Assembly: GCA_902802265.1 (NCBI GenBank)
Contig: CADCLN010000023.1
Coordinates: 4,116-68,115 of the forward strand
DNA length: 64,000 bases
Direction: 5' to 3'
Source of the DNA: an uncultured Bacteroidales bacterium
GTDB lineage: Bacteria > Bacteroidota > Bacteroidia > Bacteroidales > Bacteroidaceae
The notes under the pieces were generated by a model, which had not been told where the DNA came from, made no database searches, and saw only the letters and a program-made list of their open reading frames with translations. Both the position numbers and the translations under genes were made by a program. Positions within the stretch are counted from its first letter, which is position 1; each line of letters begins with the position of its first letter. Shown in pieces: positions 38,972 through 48,402 of this stretch.

Positions 38972-39349
38972 AGCACAGCGTCCCGCATATCGCGCACGGA
39001 CACGAAACAGAAATTTTCTTTTTTGTAACAAATCCCAACTTTTCCCCTTTTTTCTTCCTGAAAAGCATGAAAACACAAAACAGAAGGGGACGGAATGAAC
39101 GAAAAACATCATTTCCTTCCCCTTTATTTTGTTGAAATATCAAAAGGAATACTCAATGACAAATTGATGGCTGATAGTTTGTATATAAATCCTGCCTACA
39201 TTTACGACAATTCTATCAACAATCAGCTTTCTTACCTACTTTCTCGCACCACAAAGGGACATCTCTTCAAACAATATGTGGAGGATACCCTTGAATGGGC
39301 AAAGATGTTGCTAAGGAATGAGGTGTATTTACTATAATTGGATATTATA

Positions 39350-40501
39350 TTAATTTGAAATTTCAACTTTCCATCCTTCTTTATTCGCAATAGCAAAGAA
39401 TTCATTTTTAGCTTTATCCCAATACCAATAACTTTCTATGCGTTCATGACCAGCTCCCCATTGATTACAAACAACAAATGCTGTATGATTCACATCATAT
39501 AACCAATCTTCGTTTTTGATGTAGAATCGCCTTTGGTCATCTACGGAGTCTATCGTTTTTATAACTCCACAAGAATGCCATTCTGGGCGAAACACTTTCT
39601 CTAAATCGTGAAAAGTTAGTGTGGGATGGCTTTTTACATATTCCGTAACAAGTAATAATACAAAGCGTCCCTTGCCAACACGGGTGCTTCCATTCAAGGA
39701 ATATTTTGTGTAGTCTTTGTTGTCAACCATATTTTTACGAGTGGAAATAGGACTGCGTTGCGAATACACAATATTTCTTTCTACTGATTCTCTTTGTTGT
39801 ATTGAATTTACTGGTTGGTTGAAATTCTCTTTGGGCTGCACATTAAAAGACAAAGAGAAAATCATCTTATCTATATCTTGCTCAGAAAAAGTCGTTGAAT
39901 ATGCTTCCATTAAATATTGTTTTACAATATGGGATATTTGTAATTCGCCTTCATTAGCAATAAGTTTCTTTTTAAGCTCTTCAAGTTTTTTTTGATTGAG
40001 TTTTTCTTGTACAATTTTGTCATACAAATTTTTGATGTTTTCAGGATTGAAGTTTTCTTTTGAAAACATTTCAGCAAAAAACATTCCATTTTTGTGATCC
40101 AAAGCAAGTTCTGCTCTGAATACAGGAATTGGTTCTTTGTTGTCTTGCGGATAGTCGTAAAAAACCTCCAAATATTCACCGATATAAATTCCCACCTTCA
40201 ATCGTAACTGTAGCATATAAGAGAAGAGCTGTTGCAAATCTCTTTCGTTACAGTTATGATTGGGGCGTTTCACTTCAATTACAAACATGTTTTCTCCGTC
40301 TCGGCGCACTAAAATATCTGGTTGAATATGTCCGACGGATCCAATGGGGAGGGTAACCTTGTGACAAATTTCTCCTCTATAGGTTGCCCATCCCAATAGT
40401 TCGAGTTTATCTTCAATTATGTTGTGGTAGATAGCCTCCTCTACATTGTTTTTTTTACATTCTATGAGTTTGTAAACAAACTTGTTCCAAATATCTTTCA
40501 T
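39350..40501 (-). CDS. PD-(D/E)xK nuclease-fold protein (HsdR-N-terminal-like domain) with a coiled-coil and an uncharacterised C-terminal domain
   Basis: I take ATG 40501 (MKDIWNKF) as the start. The ORF-track start at 40558 is a TTG that overlaps a promoter-like region. The nuclease core is LELLGW..GHIQPDILVRRDGENMFVIEVKRP (PD..ExK). The coiled-coil is QEKLNQKKLEELKKKLIANEGEL. The C-terminus has GKGRFVLLLVTEYVKSHP..VVCNQWGAGHE. The locus is markedly AT-rich. Confidence 0.7.
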   Translation of the reverse strand: MKDIWNKFVYKLIECKKNNVEEAIYHNIIEDKLELLGWATYRGEICHKVTLPIGSVGHIQPDILVRRDGENMFVIEVKRPNHNCNERDLQQLFSYMLQLRLKVGIYIGEYLEVFYDYPQDNKEPIPVFRAELALDHKNGMFFAEMFSKENFNPENIKNLYDKIVQEKLNQKKLEELKKKLIANEGELQISHIVKQYLMEAYSTTFSEQDIDKMIFSLSFNVQPKENFNQPVNSIQQRESVERNIVYSQRSPISTRKNMVDNKDYTKYSLNGSTRVGKGRFVLLLVTEYVKSHPTLTFHDLEKVFRPEWHSCGVIKTIDSVDDQRRFYIKNEDWLYDVNHTAFVVCNQWGAGHERIESYWYWDKAKNEFFAIANKEGWKVEISN

Positions 40502-40662
40502 GAAAAATGTTTGTATAAGGTTAGTAACAAATTTTGCATTATATTCAGATTCTTTCAACGATTTTTGTTCGTTTCATGTTTTTCTTGTTATATTTATCGA
40601 CCGCAAAAGTACAAAACTTTCCTGAACCACACAACTTTCTGGAAGAAAAAATGCGGATTGCG

Positions 40663-40816
40663 GTGGCAAAGCATTGTTGTTGCGGTGGGAAAGTTCTCCC
40701 ACTTCTGTGGGAAAGTTCTCTGACTGCGGTGGCACTGCATTGCCGCTGCGGTGGGAAAGTTCTGCTACGGCAACGGCATAGTTCTGCGCCGGCAGCGGGA
40801 GAACTGTGCCACTGAG
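40663..40816. repeat. 22-nt-register repeat array E (7 units)
   Basis: Units are gtggcaaagcattgttgttgcg, gtgggaaagttctcccacttct, gtgggaaagttctctgactgcg, gtggcactgcattgccgctgcg, gtgggaaagttctgctacggca, acggcatagttctgcgccggca and gcgggagaactgtgccactgag. Confidence 0.9.
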
Positions 40817-40833
40817 GGGGAAGTGTGTGCAGA

Positions 40834-40869
40834 CAAAAAATCACCCTGACTGCGGGGGCGGTCAGGGTG
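40834..40869 (-). terminator. Intrinsic terminator of htpG
   Basis: The 9-bp stem caccctgac (40842-40850) with gtcagggtg (40861-40869) is followed on the minus strand by a T-run (plus-strand aaaaaa, 40835-40840). Confidence 0.75.
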
Positions 40870-40893
40870 TAAATAAGTATGTTGGAGTTGCGA

Positions 40894-42780
40894 TTACTTA
40901 ATCAGTTCTACGCTGCGCTTGACGAACTTGGTGAGGGCTTCGCCCTTGAGCATTCCGTTCTGGAGCAGGGCCAGGTCGATAAGCTGGCTGACAAGTTCTG
41001 GCTTGCTGTCGGCGAGGGTTTGCTTGATGAGCGGGTGGTCGGTGTTGAGCACGAGGTTCATCATCGTAGGCATTTCGCCGTAGAAAGCCATGCCTGGTTG
41101 CAGGCGACCCATCTCCTTCATGCGGCGCATGTATTCGCTCTGGGTGATGATGACTGGGGCTGCGGTTTCGCCAAGCGGCTGAGCTTCCACCATGAATTCT
41201 GTCTTGTCGAGGGTTGGCAGGGCGTTCTTGAAGGTTTCGGTGAGGGTCTTCTTCTGATCTTCTGGCAGTTCCTCCTTCTTGGTGTCTTCCTTGACGATGA
41301 GTTTGTCGATGACATCACCATCCACACGGGTGAAGCGGGTCTTCTCCAGCTTTTGCTCCAACAGGCCGAGCATGGCGGGGTCGAGCTGACCGTCCATCAG
41401 GAGGACATTGTAGCCCTTTGCCTGAGCGGCATCGATGTAGGTATATTGGTCGTCCTTGTTCTGGGCGTAGAGGTAGATAAGGTTGCCGTCCTTGTCGGTC
41501 TGGTTGTCCTTGATGAGGGTCTGATACTCTTCGTAGGTGTAGTACTTGCCTTCGGTGTCCTTGAAGAGGGCAAACGACTTGGCTTTGTCGTAGAAGGTTT
41601 CGTCGCTGAGCATTCCGTAGTCGATGAAGATTTTGATGTCGTCCCACTTCTCCTCAAACTGCTTGCGGTCGTTCTTGAAGATGCTGGAGAGGCGGTCGCT
41701 CACTTTCTTGGTGATGTAGGTGGAAATCTTCTTCACGTTCTGGTCGCTTTGCAGGTAGCTGCGCGATACGTTCAGCGGAATGTCGGGTGAGTCGATGACA
41801 CCATGCAAGAGCGTAAGGAATTCGGGCACAATGCCTTCCACGGAGTCGGTCACGAAGACCTGGTTGCAGTAGAGCTGAATCTTGTTCTTCTGCAGGTCGA
41901 ACTGATTCTTTACCTTCGGGAAGTAGAGGATGCCAGTGAGGTTGAAGGGGTAATCCACATTGAGGTGAATCCAGAAGAGCGGTTCGTCGCTCAGGGGGTA
42001 GAGTTTGCGGTAGAACTCCTTGTAGTCTTCATCCTTCAGGTCGGCAGGCTTCTTGGTCCAAAGTGGGGTAGTGTCGTTGATGACGTTGTCCACTTCAATC
42101 TCTTTGCGCTTGGGGTTGCCCTTGTCGTCCTTCTCGCCGCTGGGGTCATCAATCCAGTCTTTCTTCTTGCCGAAGATGACGGGAACGGCGAGGAACTTGC
42201 AGTACTTGTGCAGCAGTTCGCTGATTTTGTATTCTTCGAGGAAGTCCTTGCAGTCGTCGTCGAGGTACATCACGATGTCGGTACCACGGTCGGCCTTGTC
42301 GCATTCTTCGATGGTGTAGGCTGGACTGCCGTCGCACGACCACTTCACAGCCTTGCTACCCTCCTGCCAGCTCTTGGTGATGATTTCCACTTTCTTGCTG
42401 ACCATGAAGGCGGAGTAGAAGCCCAAACCGAAGTGACCAATGATGGCGTTGGCGTCTTCCTTGTATTTGTCGAGGAAATCGTTTGCCCCTGAGAAAGCAA
42501 TTTGGTTAATATACTTCTCGATTTCGTCTTCGGTCATGCCGATGCCTCGGTCGCTGACGGTGAGTGTGCCCGCGTCTTTGTTGATGCTGATGTGTACGTT
42601 CAGTTCGCCAGCCTCCTCTTTCAAGTCGCCTTTGCTGGCAAGGGTTTTCAACTTCTGTGTGGCATCGACGGCGTTGCTGACGATTTCGCGCAGGAAAATT
42701 TCATGGTCGCTGTAGAGAAACTTTTTGATGACGGGGAAGATGTTCTCGGTCGTAACCCCGATGTTACCTTGTTGTGCCAT
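40894..42780 (-). CDS. htpG: Molecular chaperone HtpG (Hsp90)
   Basis: 628 aa. Motifs are EIFLREIVSNAVDA, VSDRGIGMT and GHFGLGFYSAFMV (GHKL ATPase). Confidence 0.93.
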   Translation of the reverse strand: MAQQGNIGVTTENIFPVIKKFLYSDHEIFLREIVSNAVDATQKLKTLASKGDLKEEAGELNVHISINKDAGTLTVSDRGIGMTEDEIEKYINQIAFSGANDFLDKYKEDANAIIGHFGLGFYSAFMVSKKVEIITKSWQEGSKAVKWSCDGSPAYTIEECDKADRGTDIVMYLDDDCKDFLEEYKISELLHKYCKFLAVPVIFGKKKDWIDDPSGEKDDKGNPKRKEIEVDNVINDTTPLWTKKPADLKDEDYKEFYRKLYPLSDEPLFWIHLNVDYPFNLTGILYFPKVKNQFDLQKNKIQLYCNQVFVTDSVEGIVPEFLTLLHGVIDSPDIPLNVSRSYLQSDQNVKKISTYITKKVSDRLSSIFKNDRKQFEEKWDDIKIFIDYGMLSDETFYDKAKSFALFKDTEGKYYTYEEYQTLIKDNQTDKDGNLIYLYAQNKDDQYTYIDAAQAKGYNVLLMDGQLDPAMLGLLEQKLEKTRFTRVDGDVIDKLIVKEDTKKEELPEDQKKTLTETFKNALPTLDKTEFMVEAQPLGETAAPVIITQSEYMRRMKEMGRLQPGMAFYGEMPTMMNLVLNTDHPLIKQTLADSKPELVSQLIDLALLQNGMLKGEALTKFVKRSVELIK

Positions 42781-42926
42781 TTATTTATGTTTTTATGTTT
42801 GGCGGTTTATTTGCACAAAAAAAATGCCAGTCTTGATGGGGACTGACATTTTGTCGGTGTTGTGTGTCAATAAAAGGTTAATTGCAAAATATAGTGGAAA
42901 AGTTTTGTCATTATTGAAAAAGTCCG

Positions 42927-42934
42927 TACCTTTG
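42927..42934 (+). promoter_or_regulatory. -7 box TACCTTTG with -33 TTTG (42904-42907); drives a ~330-nt structured leader or sRNA candidate
   Basis: The sequence gttttgtcattattgaaaaagtccgtacctttgcac has 19-nt spacing between the boxes. The next ATG with a signal peptide is at 43266. Confidence 0.6.
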
Positions 42935-43265
42935 CACTGCACGTCAGCAATGGCGGCAGACATATTAGGAAGCGTGTACGCTTTATTTCCTGATGGTGAA
43001 ATTGGACACTTCGCAAATTAGGAAACTTAGTCACGAAACGATTTCGTGTAGAAGAAAGAACGTTACCGCTCTCCTTCGACTGTATTATGTTTTGAACACA
43101 GCTCATGCTGTAGACATATACGTCGAAGGTGTGGGCAGAAAAAACATTCTTTTTACACGGGTCGTCCAATACCCACCATCAGAGAATGGCATATTAGGCT
43201 CACACCTTTTTGTGCTGTTCTATAAATGTGTTTTAGAATATTGCAAACTCTTTAATATTAATACA

Positions 43266-43778
43266 ATGAAAAGATTATTTATTGTTATCTTTACCCTTCT
43301 GAGTATTACAAATGTTTATGCACATCAAAGGGGGTATAAACCTTCTTTTGAAATTGGGTACACACATGGTTTAGGTGAAGGAGATGAACGTTTGGCTGTA
43401 TTCACAACTCATGGTTATCAATTCAGTCCCTATTTATTTGTAGGTGGTGGTGTAGGAGTAAATCGCTTTTTATCTGAAAAGGCATGGGGCGTTCCTATTT
43501 TTGCTAAAGTACGTGCAGATTTACTGAATAAAAGTATTAGCCCATTTATTGACACCAAAATAGGATATTCTGTTACGAATGTAAATGGGTTTTATTTTTC
43601 TCCTTCTCTTGGTTGTAGATTTGATACACCCAATGATTTTTCTATTACGATGAGCATTGGTTATGAACTTCAGATGAGAGATTATGAAATGGGAAATTTT
43701 TTGGGGTCTGTTTATATTTTTGAGACGAAAAAGAAAAATTGTGGTGGTTTAACTTTCCGATTAGGTTTTGAATTTTAA
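43266..43778 (+). CDS. Small 8-strand-type outer-membrane beta-barrel protein
   Basis: I trimmed the start to MKRLFIVIFTLLSITNVYA (signal peptide). The C-terminus is TFRLGFEF. The gene is AT-rich. Confidence 0.7.
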   Translation: MKRLFIVIFTLLSITNVYAHQRGYKPSFEIGYTHGLGEGDERLAVFTTHGYQFSPYLFVGGGVGVNRFLSEKAWGVPIFAKVRADLLNKSISPFIDTKIGYSVTNVNGFYFSPSLGCRFDTPNDFSITMSIGYELQMRDYEMGNFLGSVYIFETKKKNCGGLTFRLGFEF

Positions 43779-43814
43779 GTGGTAAATAATGTTCAGATAA
43801 ATAATAATTAGAAA

Positions 43815-44426
43815 ATGAGACGTTTGTTAATTGTCATTTTTGCTTTTTTGAGTACAAAAAATGCTTTTGCTCAGCAAGAAGCAGGAACGTTTACCATTCA
43901 GCCCAAAGTGGGTTTAAATGTTGCCAGTGTTACTGGGACTGTAGATAATGGGGCTAATAAGGGCTTTAGGTTAGGGCTGGCTGCAGGGGTGGAGTTAGAG
44001 TATAAGTTTACCAAAACTATTGGTGTTTCTTTTGGTGCATTGTATTCAATGCAAGGTGTAAATGCAAGTACAACGCTTGAAGGTACAAAGTTGACTGAAA
44101 CAGCAAGACTAGATTACATAAACATTCCAATAATGTTGAATGGATATGTGGCAGAAGGGGTTGTTTTGAAATTTGGTATTCAGCCAGCATTTAGGGTGAA
44201 CGATGGCTATACAATGTCTGCTCAAGGGCAAAGTTTGAATGGTAAATTGTCGGACTTAGGTTTTGAGATTAATTCATTCGATTTCTCTTTCCCTGTTGGT
44301 TTGTCTTTCGAATTTAGCAACGTAATATTAGATGCTCGTTATAATATAGGCATTACAGAGGTTTCTAAAGGTGGTGGAAGGAACAATGTGTTCCAATTTA
44401 CTTTGGGCTATAAATTCAAATTGTAG
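43815..44426 (+). CDS. Small outer-membrane beta-barrel protein (porin family), paralog of 31646-32278
   Basis: 203 aa. It shares blocks with the paralog: GTFTIQPKVGLN, RLGLAAGVE, GALYSMQG, LDARYNIG and FQFTLGYKF. Confidence 0.8.
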   Translation: MRRLLIVIFAFLSTKNAFAQQEAGTFTIQPKVGLNVASVTGTVDNGANKGFRLGLAAGVELEYKFTKTIGVSFGALYSMQGVNASTTLEGTKLTETARLDYINIPIMLNGYVAEGVVLKFGIQPAFRVNDGYTMSAQGQSLNGKLSDLGFEINSFDFSFPVGLSFEFSNVILDARYNIGITEVSKGGGRNNVFQFTLGYKFKL

Positions 44427-44443
44427 TATAATTGAAATGCAAA

Positions 44444-44486
44444 GAAAAAGCCGTACTTGTTTGGAATGCAAGCACGGCTTTTTGTG
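44444..44486. terminator. Bidirectional intrinsic terminator (OMP gene / clpC)
   Basis: An A-run is followed by the stem agccgtacttg (44449-44459) with caagcacggct (44469-44479), which has one mismatch, then a T-run. Confidence 0.7.
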
Positions 44487-44506
44487 TTTAAAGAACTGAT
44501 TTTTGA

Positions 44507-47014
44507 TTACTTCTCAACTGCAATATTGACTTTGCCATCGGCAAAGGTGGCGGTGATGGTGTTGCCAGGGGCAATGTCCTCTTCCACGATGAGTTCGCTG
44601 ATGCCGTCTTCGAGATGTTGCTGAATGGCACGGCGGAGGGGACGGGCACCAAACTGCTTGTCGTAACCTTGTTCGGCAATCCAGCGTTTGGCTTCGGGGG
44701 TGATGCTGAGGTGATAACCCAGCCCTTCGATGCGCTGGTAGAGTCCTTCCAGTTCTACGTCGATAATCTGGATAATGCTGTCGAGTTCCAGCTGGTCGAA
44801 TGTGATGATTTCGTCGATGCGGTTGAGGAACTCTGGCGAGAACTGCTTGTTGAGTGCTTTCTGGATGACGCTGCGGCTCACTTCCTTGTCGTCTTTTCCC
44901 GCCATGGCGGAGAATCCTACGCCTCGACCAAATTCCTTCAGCTGACGAGTACCTACGTTACTGGTCATGATAATCACCGTGTTACGGAAATCTACCGTGC
45001 GACCGTTGCTGTCGGTGAGCCGTCCGTCGTCCATTACCTGCAGCAGGATGTTGAATACATCGGCATGTGCCTTTTCAATCTCATCCAAAAGGACAATGGA
45101 GTAGGGCTTACGGCGAACTTTCTCAGTGAGCATTCCTCCTTCTTCGTAGCCCACATAGCCTGGAGGTGCACCTACCAGTCGGCTGACGGTGAACTTCTCC
45201 ATGTATTCGCTCATGTCGATACGGATCAGGGCATCGGATGTGCCAAACATGTGCTCTGCCAATTTCTTTGCCAAATAGGTTTTGCCCACGCCTGTAGGAC
45301 CAAGGAACATGAACACACCGATGGGGCGTGCGGGGTCTTTCAGTCCGACACGGCTACGCTGAATGGCGCTGACCAGTTTGTCGATGGCAGGGTCTTGGGC
45401 GATGACTTTCGACTTGAGCTCTTGCCGCATACCCTTCATCTTGATGCCTTCTTCGGCTGCCATGCGCTGAACGGGTATGCCTGTCATCATGGAGACAGTC
45501 TCTGCCACCTTGTCAGCACTGACGGTGATGCGGCTGTCCTCCAGCGTGGATTCCCATTGCTGCTTCATCTCTGCCAATTCGGAAGTGAGCTTCTTCACGT
45601 GATCACGGTAGTTGGCGGCCAGTTCGTATTTCTGACCCCTGACGGCTTCTTCTTGCTGGTGCTGCGCCTTGGCAAGTTCTTCTTCCTTATCTTCAATCTC
45701 CTTCGGCACCGTGATGTTGTTGATGTGAACCCGTGACCCCACTTCGTCGAGGGCATCGATGGCTTTGTCGGGGAAGCTGCGGTCGGTGACGTAGCGTTCT
45801 GTCAACTTGACACAAGCCTCCAGCGCTTCATCGGTGTAGCTCACGTTGTGGTGTTCTTCGTATCTGTCCTTGATATTGTGCAGAATTGTCAATGTTTCCT
45901 CGGGGGTGGTCTGTTCCACAATGACCTTTTGGAAACGACGTTCCAAGGCGCCGTCCTTCTCAATGTTCTTGCGATATTCGTCCAGAGTGGTTGCGCCGAT
46001 GCACTGCAGTTCGCCACGGGCCAAGGCTGGTTTCATCATGTTGGCAGCATCCATCTGTCCTGCTTGGTTGCCAGCTCCCACGATGGTGTGGATTTCGTCG
46101 ATGAACACAATGAGGTCGGGGTTCGCCTTCAGTTCGTTGATGATGTTTTTCATGCGTTCCTCAAACTGACCACGATACTTTGTGCCAGCCACGATGGTGG
46201 ACATATCGAGTAAGATGATTTTCTTGTTGAACAAGATGCGTGATACACGCCTTTCGCTGATTCTCAAGGCCAAACCTTCTACGATGGCACTCTTGCCGAC
46301 ACCTGGTTCACCGATGAGTACGGGGTTGTTCTTCTTGCGGCGTGACAGGATTTGTGCCAGTCGTTCAATCTCCTTTTCGCGTCCCACCACGGGGTCAAGT
46401 TTGCCCTCGGCTGCAGCCCGAGTCAAGTCGAAGCCAAAATTGTCAATGGCTGGATGGTCGGAGTTTGCTTTCTTTTCCGTCTTTTTCTTCTGACTGGTCG
46501 AAGCCGACTTGCTGCTGTCGGTCGGAGCCTGTTCCTCTTCGTCCTCTTCGTCGTAATCCACTCCCGAATTTTTAGGGTGTGAAGCAGGCTGGAACATGGA
46601 GTTGAACAGTTCCTTGTAAGTCACGTCGTTGTCTTCCAGCAATTTGGCTGCCAAATTGTCTTTATGCTTCAAGATGGCAAGCAACAGGTGCTCAGGCAGA
46701 CTTTCCTTGCTTTTCGTCTGTCGAGACTCCAGAATGCTGAGTCGCAAGATGGTGGAAGATTTCTGGTTGAAAGTGATGTCTGAAGAAAACAGCATACTGC
46801 CTGTCATGTCTTGCACAAGCTTCTCCAGTTCCTTTTTCAGGTTGGAGATGTTGATGAGAAACTTGTGCTGCAATGTTTCCACAGCCAGGTTCTTGCCGTC
46901 GCGCAAGATGCCCAGCATCAGGTGTTCGGGACCAATGTAGTCGTTGTTCAGTCGGAGTGCTTCTTCCTTAGAGTAGGATAGGATCTGATTGAATGTATCT
47001 GAGTAATTGTTCAT
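44507..47014 (-). CDS. clpC: Clp/Hsp100 AAA+ ATPase, ClpC-type (short UVR-like middle domain)
   Basis: 835 aa. It has Clp_N repeats, Walker A motifs GEPGVGKSA and GPTGVGKT, a short linker [23 protein letters not shown], and sensor GARPLRR. Confidence 0.88.
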   Translation of the reverse strand: MNNYSDTFNQILSYSKEEALRLNNDYIGPEHLMLGILRDGKNLAVETLQHKFLINISNLKKELEKLVQDMTGSMLFSSDITFNQKSSTILRLSILESRQTKSKESLPEHLLLAILKHKDNLAAKLLEDNDVTYKELFNSMFQPASHPKNSGVDYDEEDEEEQAPTDSSKSASTSQKKKTEKKANSDHPAIDNFGFDLTRAAAEGKLDPVVGREKEIERLAQILSRRKKNNPVLIGEPGVGKSAIVEGLALRISERRVSRILFNKKIILLDMSTIVAGTKYRGQFEERMKNIINELKANPDLIVFIDEIHTIVGAGNQAGQMDAANMMKPALARGELQCIGATTLDEYRKNIEKDGALERRFQKVIVEQTTPEETLTILHNIKDRYEEHHNVSYTDEALEACVKLTERYVTDRSFPDKAIDALDEVGSRVHINNITVPKEIEDKEEELAKAQHQQEEAVRGQKYELAANYRDHVKKLTSELAEMKQQWESTLEDSRITVSADKVAETVSMMTGIPVQRMAAEEGIKMKGMRQELKSKVIAQDPAIDKLVSAIQRSRVGLKDPARPIGVFMFLGPTGVGKTYLAKKLAEHMFGTSDALIRIDMSEYMEKFTVSRLVGAPPGYVGYEEGGMLTEKVRRKPYSIVLLDEIEKAHADVFNILLQVMDDGRLTDSNGRTVDFRNTVIIMTSNVGTRQLKEFGRGVGFSAMAGKDDKEVSRSVIQKALNKQFSPEFLNRIDEIITFDQLELDSIIQIIDVELEGLYQRIEGLGYHLSITPEAKRWIAEQGYDKQFGARPLRRAIQQHLEDGISELIVEEDIAPGNTITATFADGKVNIAVEK

Positions 47015-47101
47015 TATTTGATGTTTGAGTGTTCTGAGTTTTCTGAATAATCCGGATGTTTTGAATCATCAAGGGGAGTCTTCTACAAAATCCGTGCCAA
47101 C

Positions 47102-48400
47102 CTATTTCAGCCACTCGGTCAGTCTGTCAGTAATTTCTTGTTTCATCTCCGTCGGCATGTTGCCGATGCGAGCTTTATGGCTGCCGCGCGGTTGCACATA
47201 GATGCGCATGTTCTGTTTCTTCTTGCAGTTGAGCCAGGTGCATACGCCGCTGGCAGACCACGGATCGTTCTCTCCATATATAAAGATGTGTCGAGGGTCT
47301 TCCTCCTTAAGAAATTTCACCGTGCGACGATACAGCGTGGGGTCGAAGTCATAGTGGCGCAGGCTGTCGGGCAGCATCAGCTGACGCAGGTAGCCCTTGG
47401 TGTTCTTTACCGAAGCCCACTTCTTGATTGCTTTCAGCGAGTAGCCATAGTAGCCCAGTTCGCGGGCAGCCTGCACGTCGAAAGGCATATACTTGTTGGG
47501 ATAGCTGAAATATTCAGGTTCTGCCATCTCCATCAGGTTGCTGAACCACTCCTTGTCTGTGGCTTCTTCCGACGGAATGCTGCTGACAGGTGTACCCCAT
47601 TGCCACAGGGCAAACGGATATTCCAGCACACAGTAGTCGTAGATGTTTTCGTTGCTGATATAGAACTGATAACCTTTCTCTTGGCAATATTGGTTAAACA
47701 TTGGCATTAACTGTTGCTTCCGTTGCATCAGCTGCTGCTGAGCCTTCACGATGGCTTTGCGTTCCTCCTTTGTGCCCACCTGCTTGTCCAGGAATTTCTC
47801 GTGGCGTCCATCCTCCACACTTCGGTTCAGCGGAGCCACATAGCTGACGCTGACATCCACGTCGTTGGGGTAAGTGGCACGATAGAACATGGTGGTCTGT
47901 CCACCTTTACTGATACCTGTTGAAATCCATTTACCTGTAAAGAGACTGCCCAGAGCCTGACGCACACGATGGTAGTCGCGTAGCGAATTGTCCACCGTCA
48001 TGTAGTCCCAGTTGGTGGGCATGGGCACCGATTCGCCGAAGTAGCGGTATTCACACAACACTACGTTGGCATTGAACATCTGGCACAGTTCTTCTGTGTA
48101 GTTCTGCCGTTCACCGTAATGTGCATAGTAGCCCTCAGTAACCAGTACGGTGGGGCGGTCGTAGCCTTGGAACCCCACGAAGATGCGTTCATCGAATGTG
48201 CCCTTGTCAGCATTGTCGCCATCGACAAACTGACGGAATTTCAGTACATACTTTTCGTGAAACTTGTCGGTGTCCAATCGTTGCACCTGACTGATGCCAG
48301 GCACGTTGCACAGCTGTTTCATGAAACGTGTGGAGTCGTTTTGTGCTGCAGCGGTAAGCCACAACAGCAGCACAGGGATGGTAACGATGATTCTTTTCAT
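47102..48400 (-). CDS. Secreted alpha/beta-hydrolase serine peptidase, S37 (PS-10)/S28-like
   Basis: 432 aa with a signal peptide. It has a nucleophile-elbow-like GISKGG. The N-terminal pattern FxQxxD..TFxxRxF..GYxxPTVLxTEGY fits the S37 family as I recall it. Confidence 0.65.
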   Translation of the reverse strand: MKRIIVTIPVLLLWLTAAAQNDSTRFMKQLCNVPGISQVQRLDTDKFHEKYVLKFRQFVDGDNADKGTFDERIFVGFQGYDRPTVLVTEGYYAHYGERQNYTEELCQMFNANVVLCEYRYFGESVPMPTNWDYMTVDNSLRDYHRVRQALGSLFTGKWISTGISKGGQTTMFYRATYPNDVDVSVSYVAPLNRSVEDGRHEKFLDKQVGTKEERKAIVKAQQQLMQRKQQLMPMFNQYCQEKGYQFYISNENIYDYCVLEYPFALWQWGTPVSSIPSEEATDKEWFSNLMEMAEPEYFSYPNKYMPFDVQAARELGYYGYSLKAIKKWASVKNTKGYLRQLMLPDSLRHYDFDPTLYRRTVKFLKEEDPRHIFIYGENDPWSASGVCTWLNCKKKQNMRIYVQPRGSHKARIGNMPTEMKQEITDRLTEWLK

Positions 48401-48402
48401 AA

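Noticed and set aside
39095-39337. 80-aa plus-strand ORF in the AT-rich islet, convergent with the PD-(D/E)xK gene
   Set aside because: It has no motif, no promoter box that I could see and no homology that I can recall. In AT-rich DNA, ORFs of this size are less likely by chance, but I cannot support a call without a search.
42993-43265. N-terminal 91 codons of track ORF 42993-43778
   Set aside because: A canonical signal peptide (MKRLFIVIFTLLSITNVYA) starts at 43266. The upstream part is GC-normal structured non-coding sequence downstream of a promoter, and its composition differs from that of the AT-rich gene.
42935-43265. Assignment of the structured leader to a known riboswitch or housekeeping RNA
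   Set aside because: I looked by eye for the B12 box, the TPP CUGAGA..ACCUGA, SAM and FMN cores, the RNase P GAGGAAAGUCCGGGC, tmRNA tag-coding or CCA-end features, and the SRP domain IV. None is present. It is kept only as an unclassified candidate.
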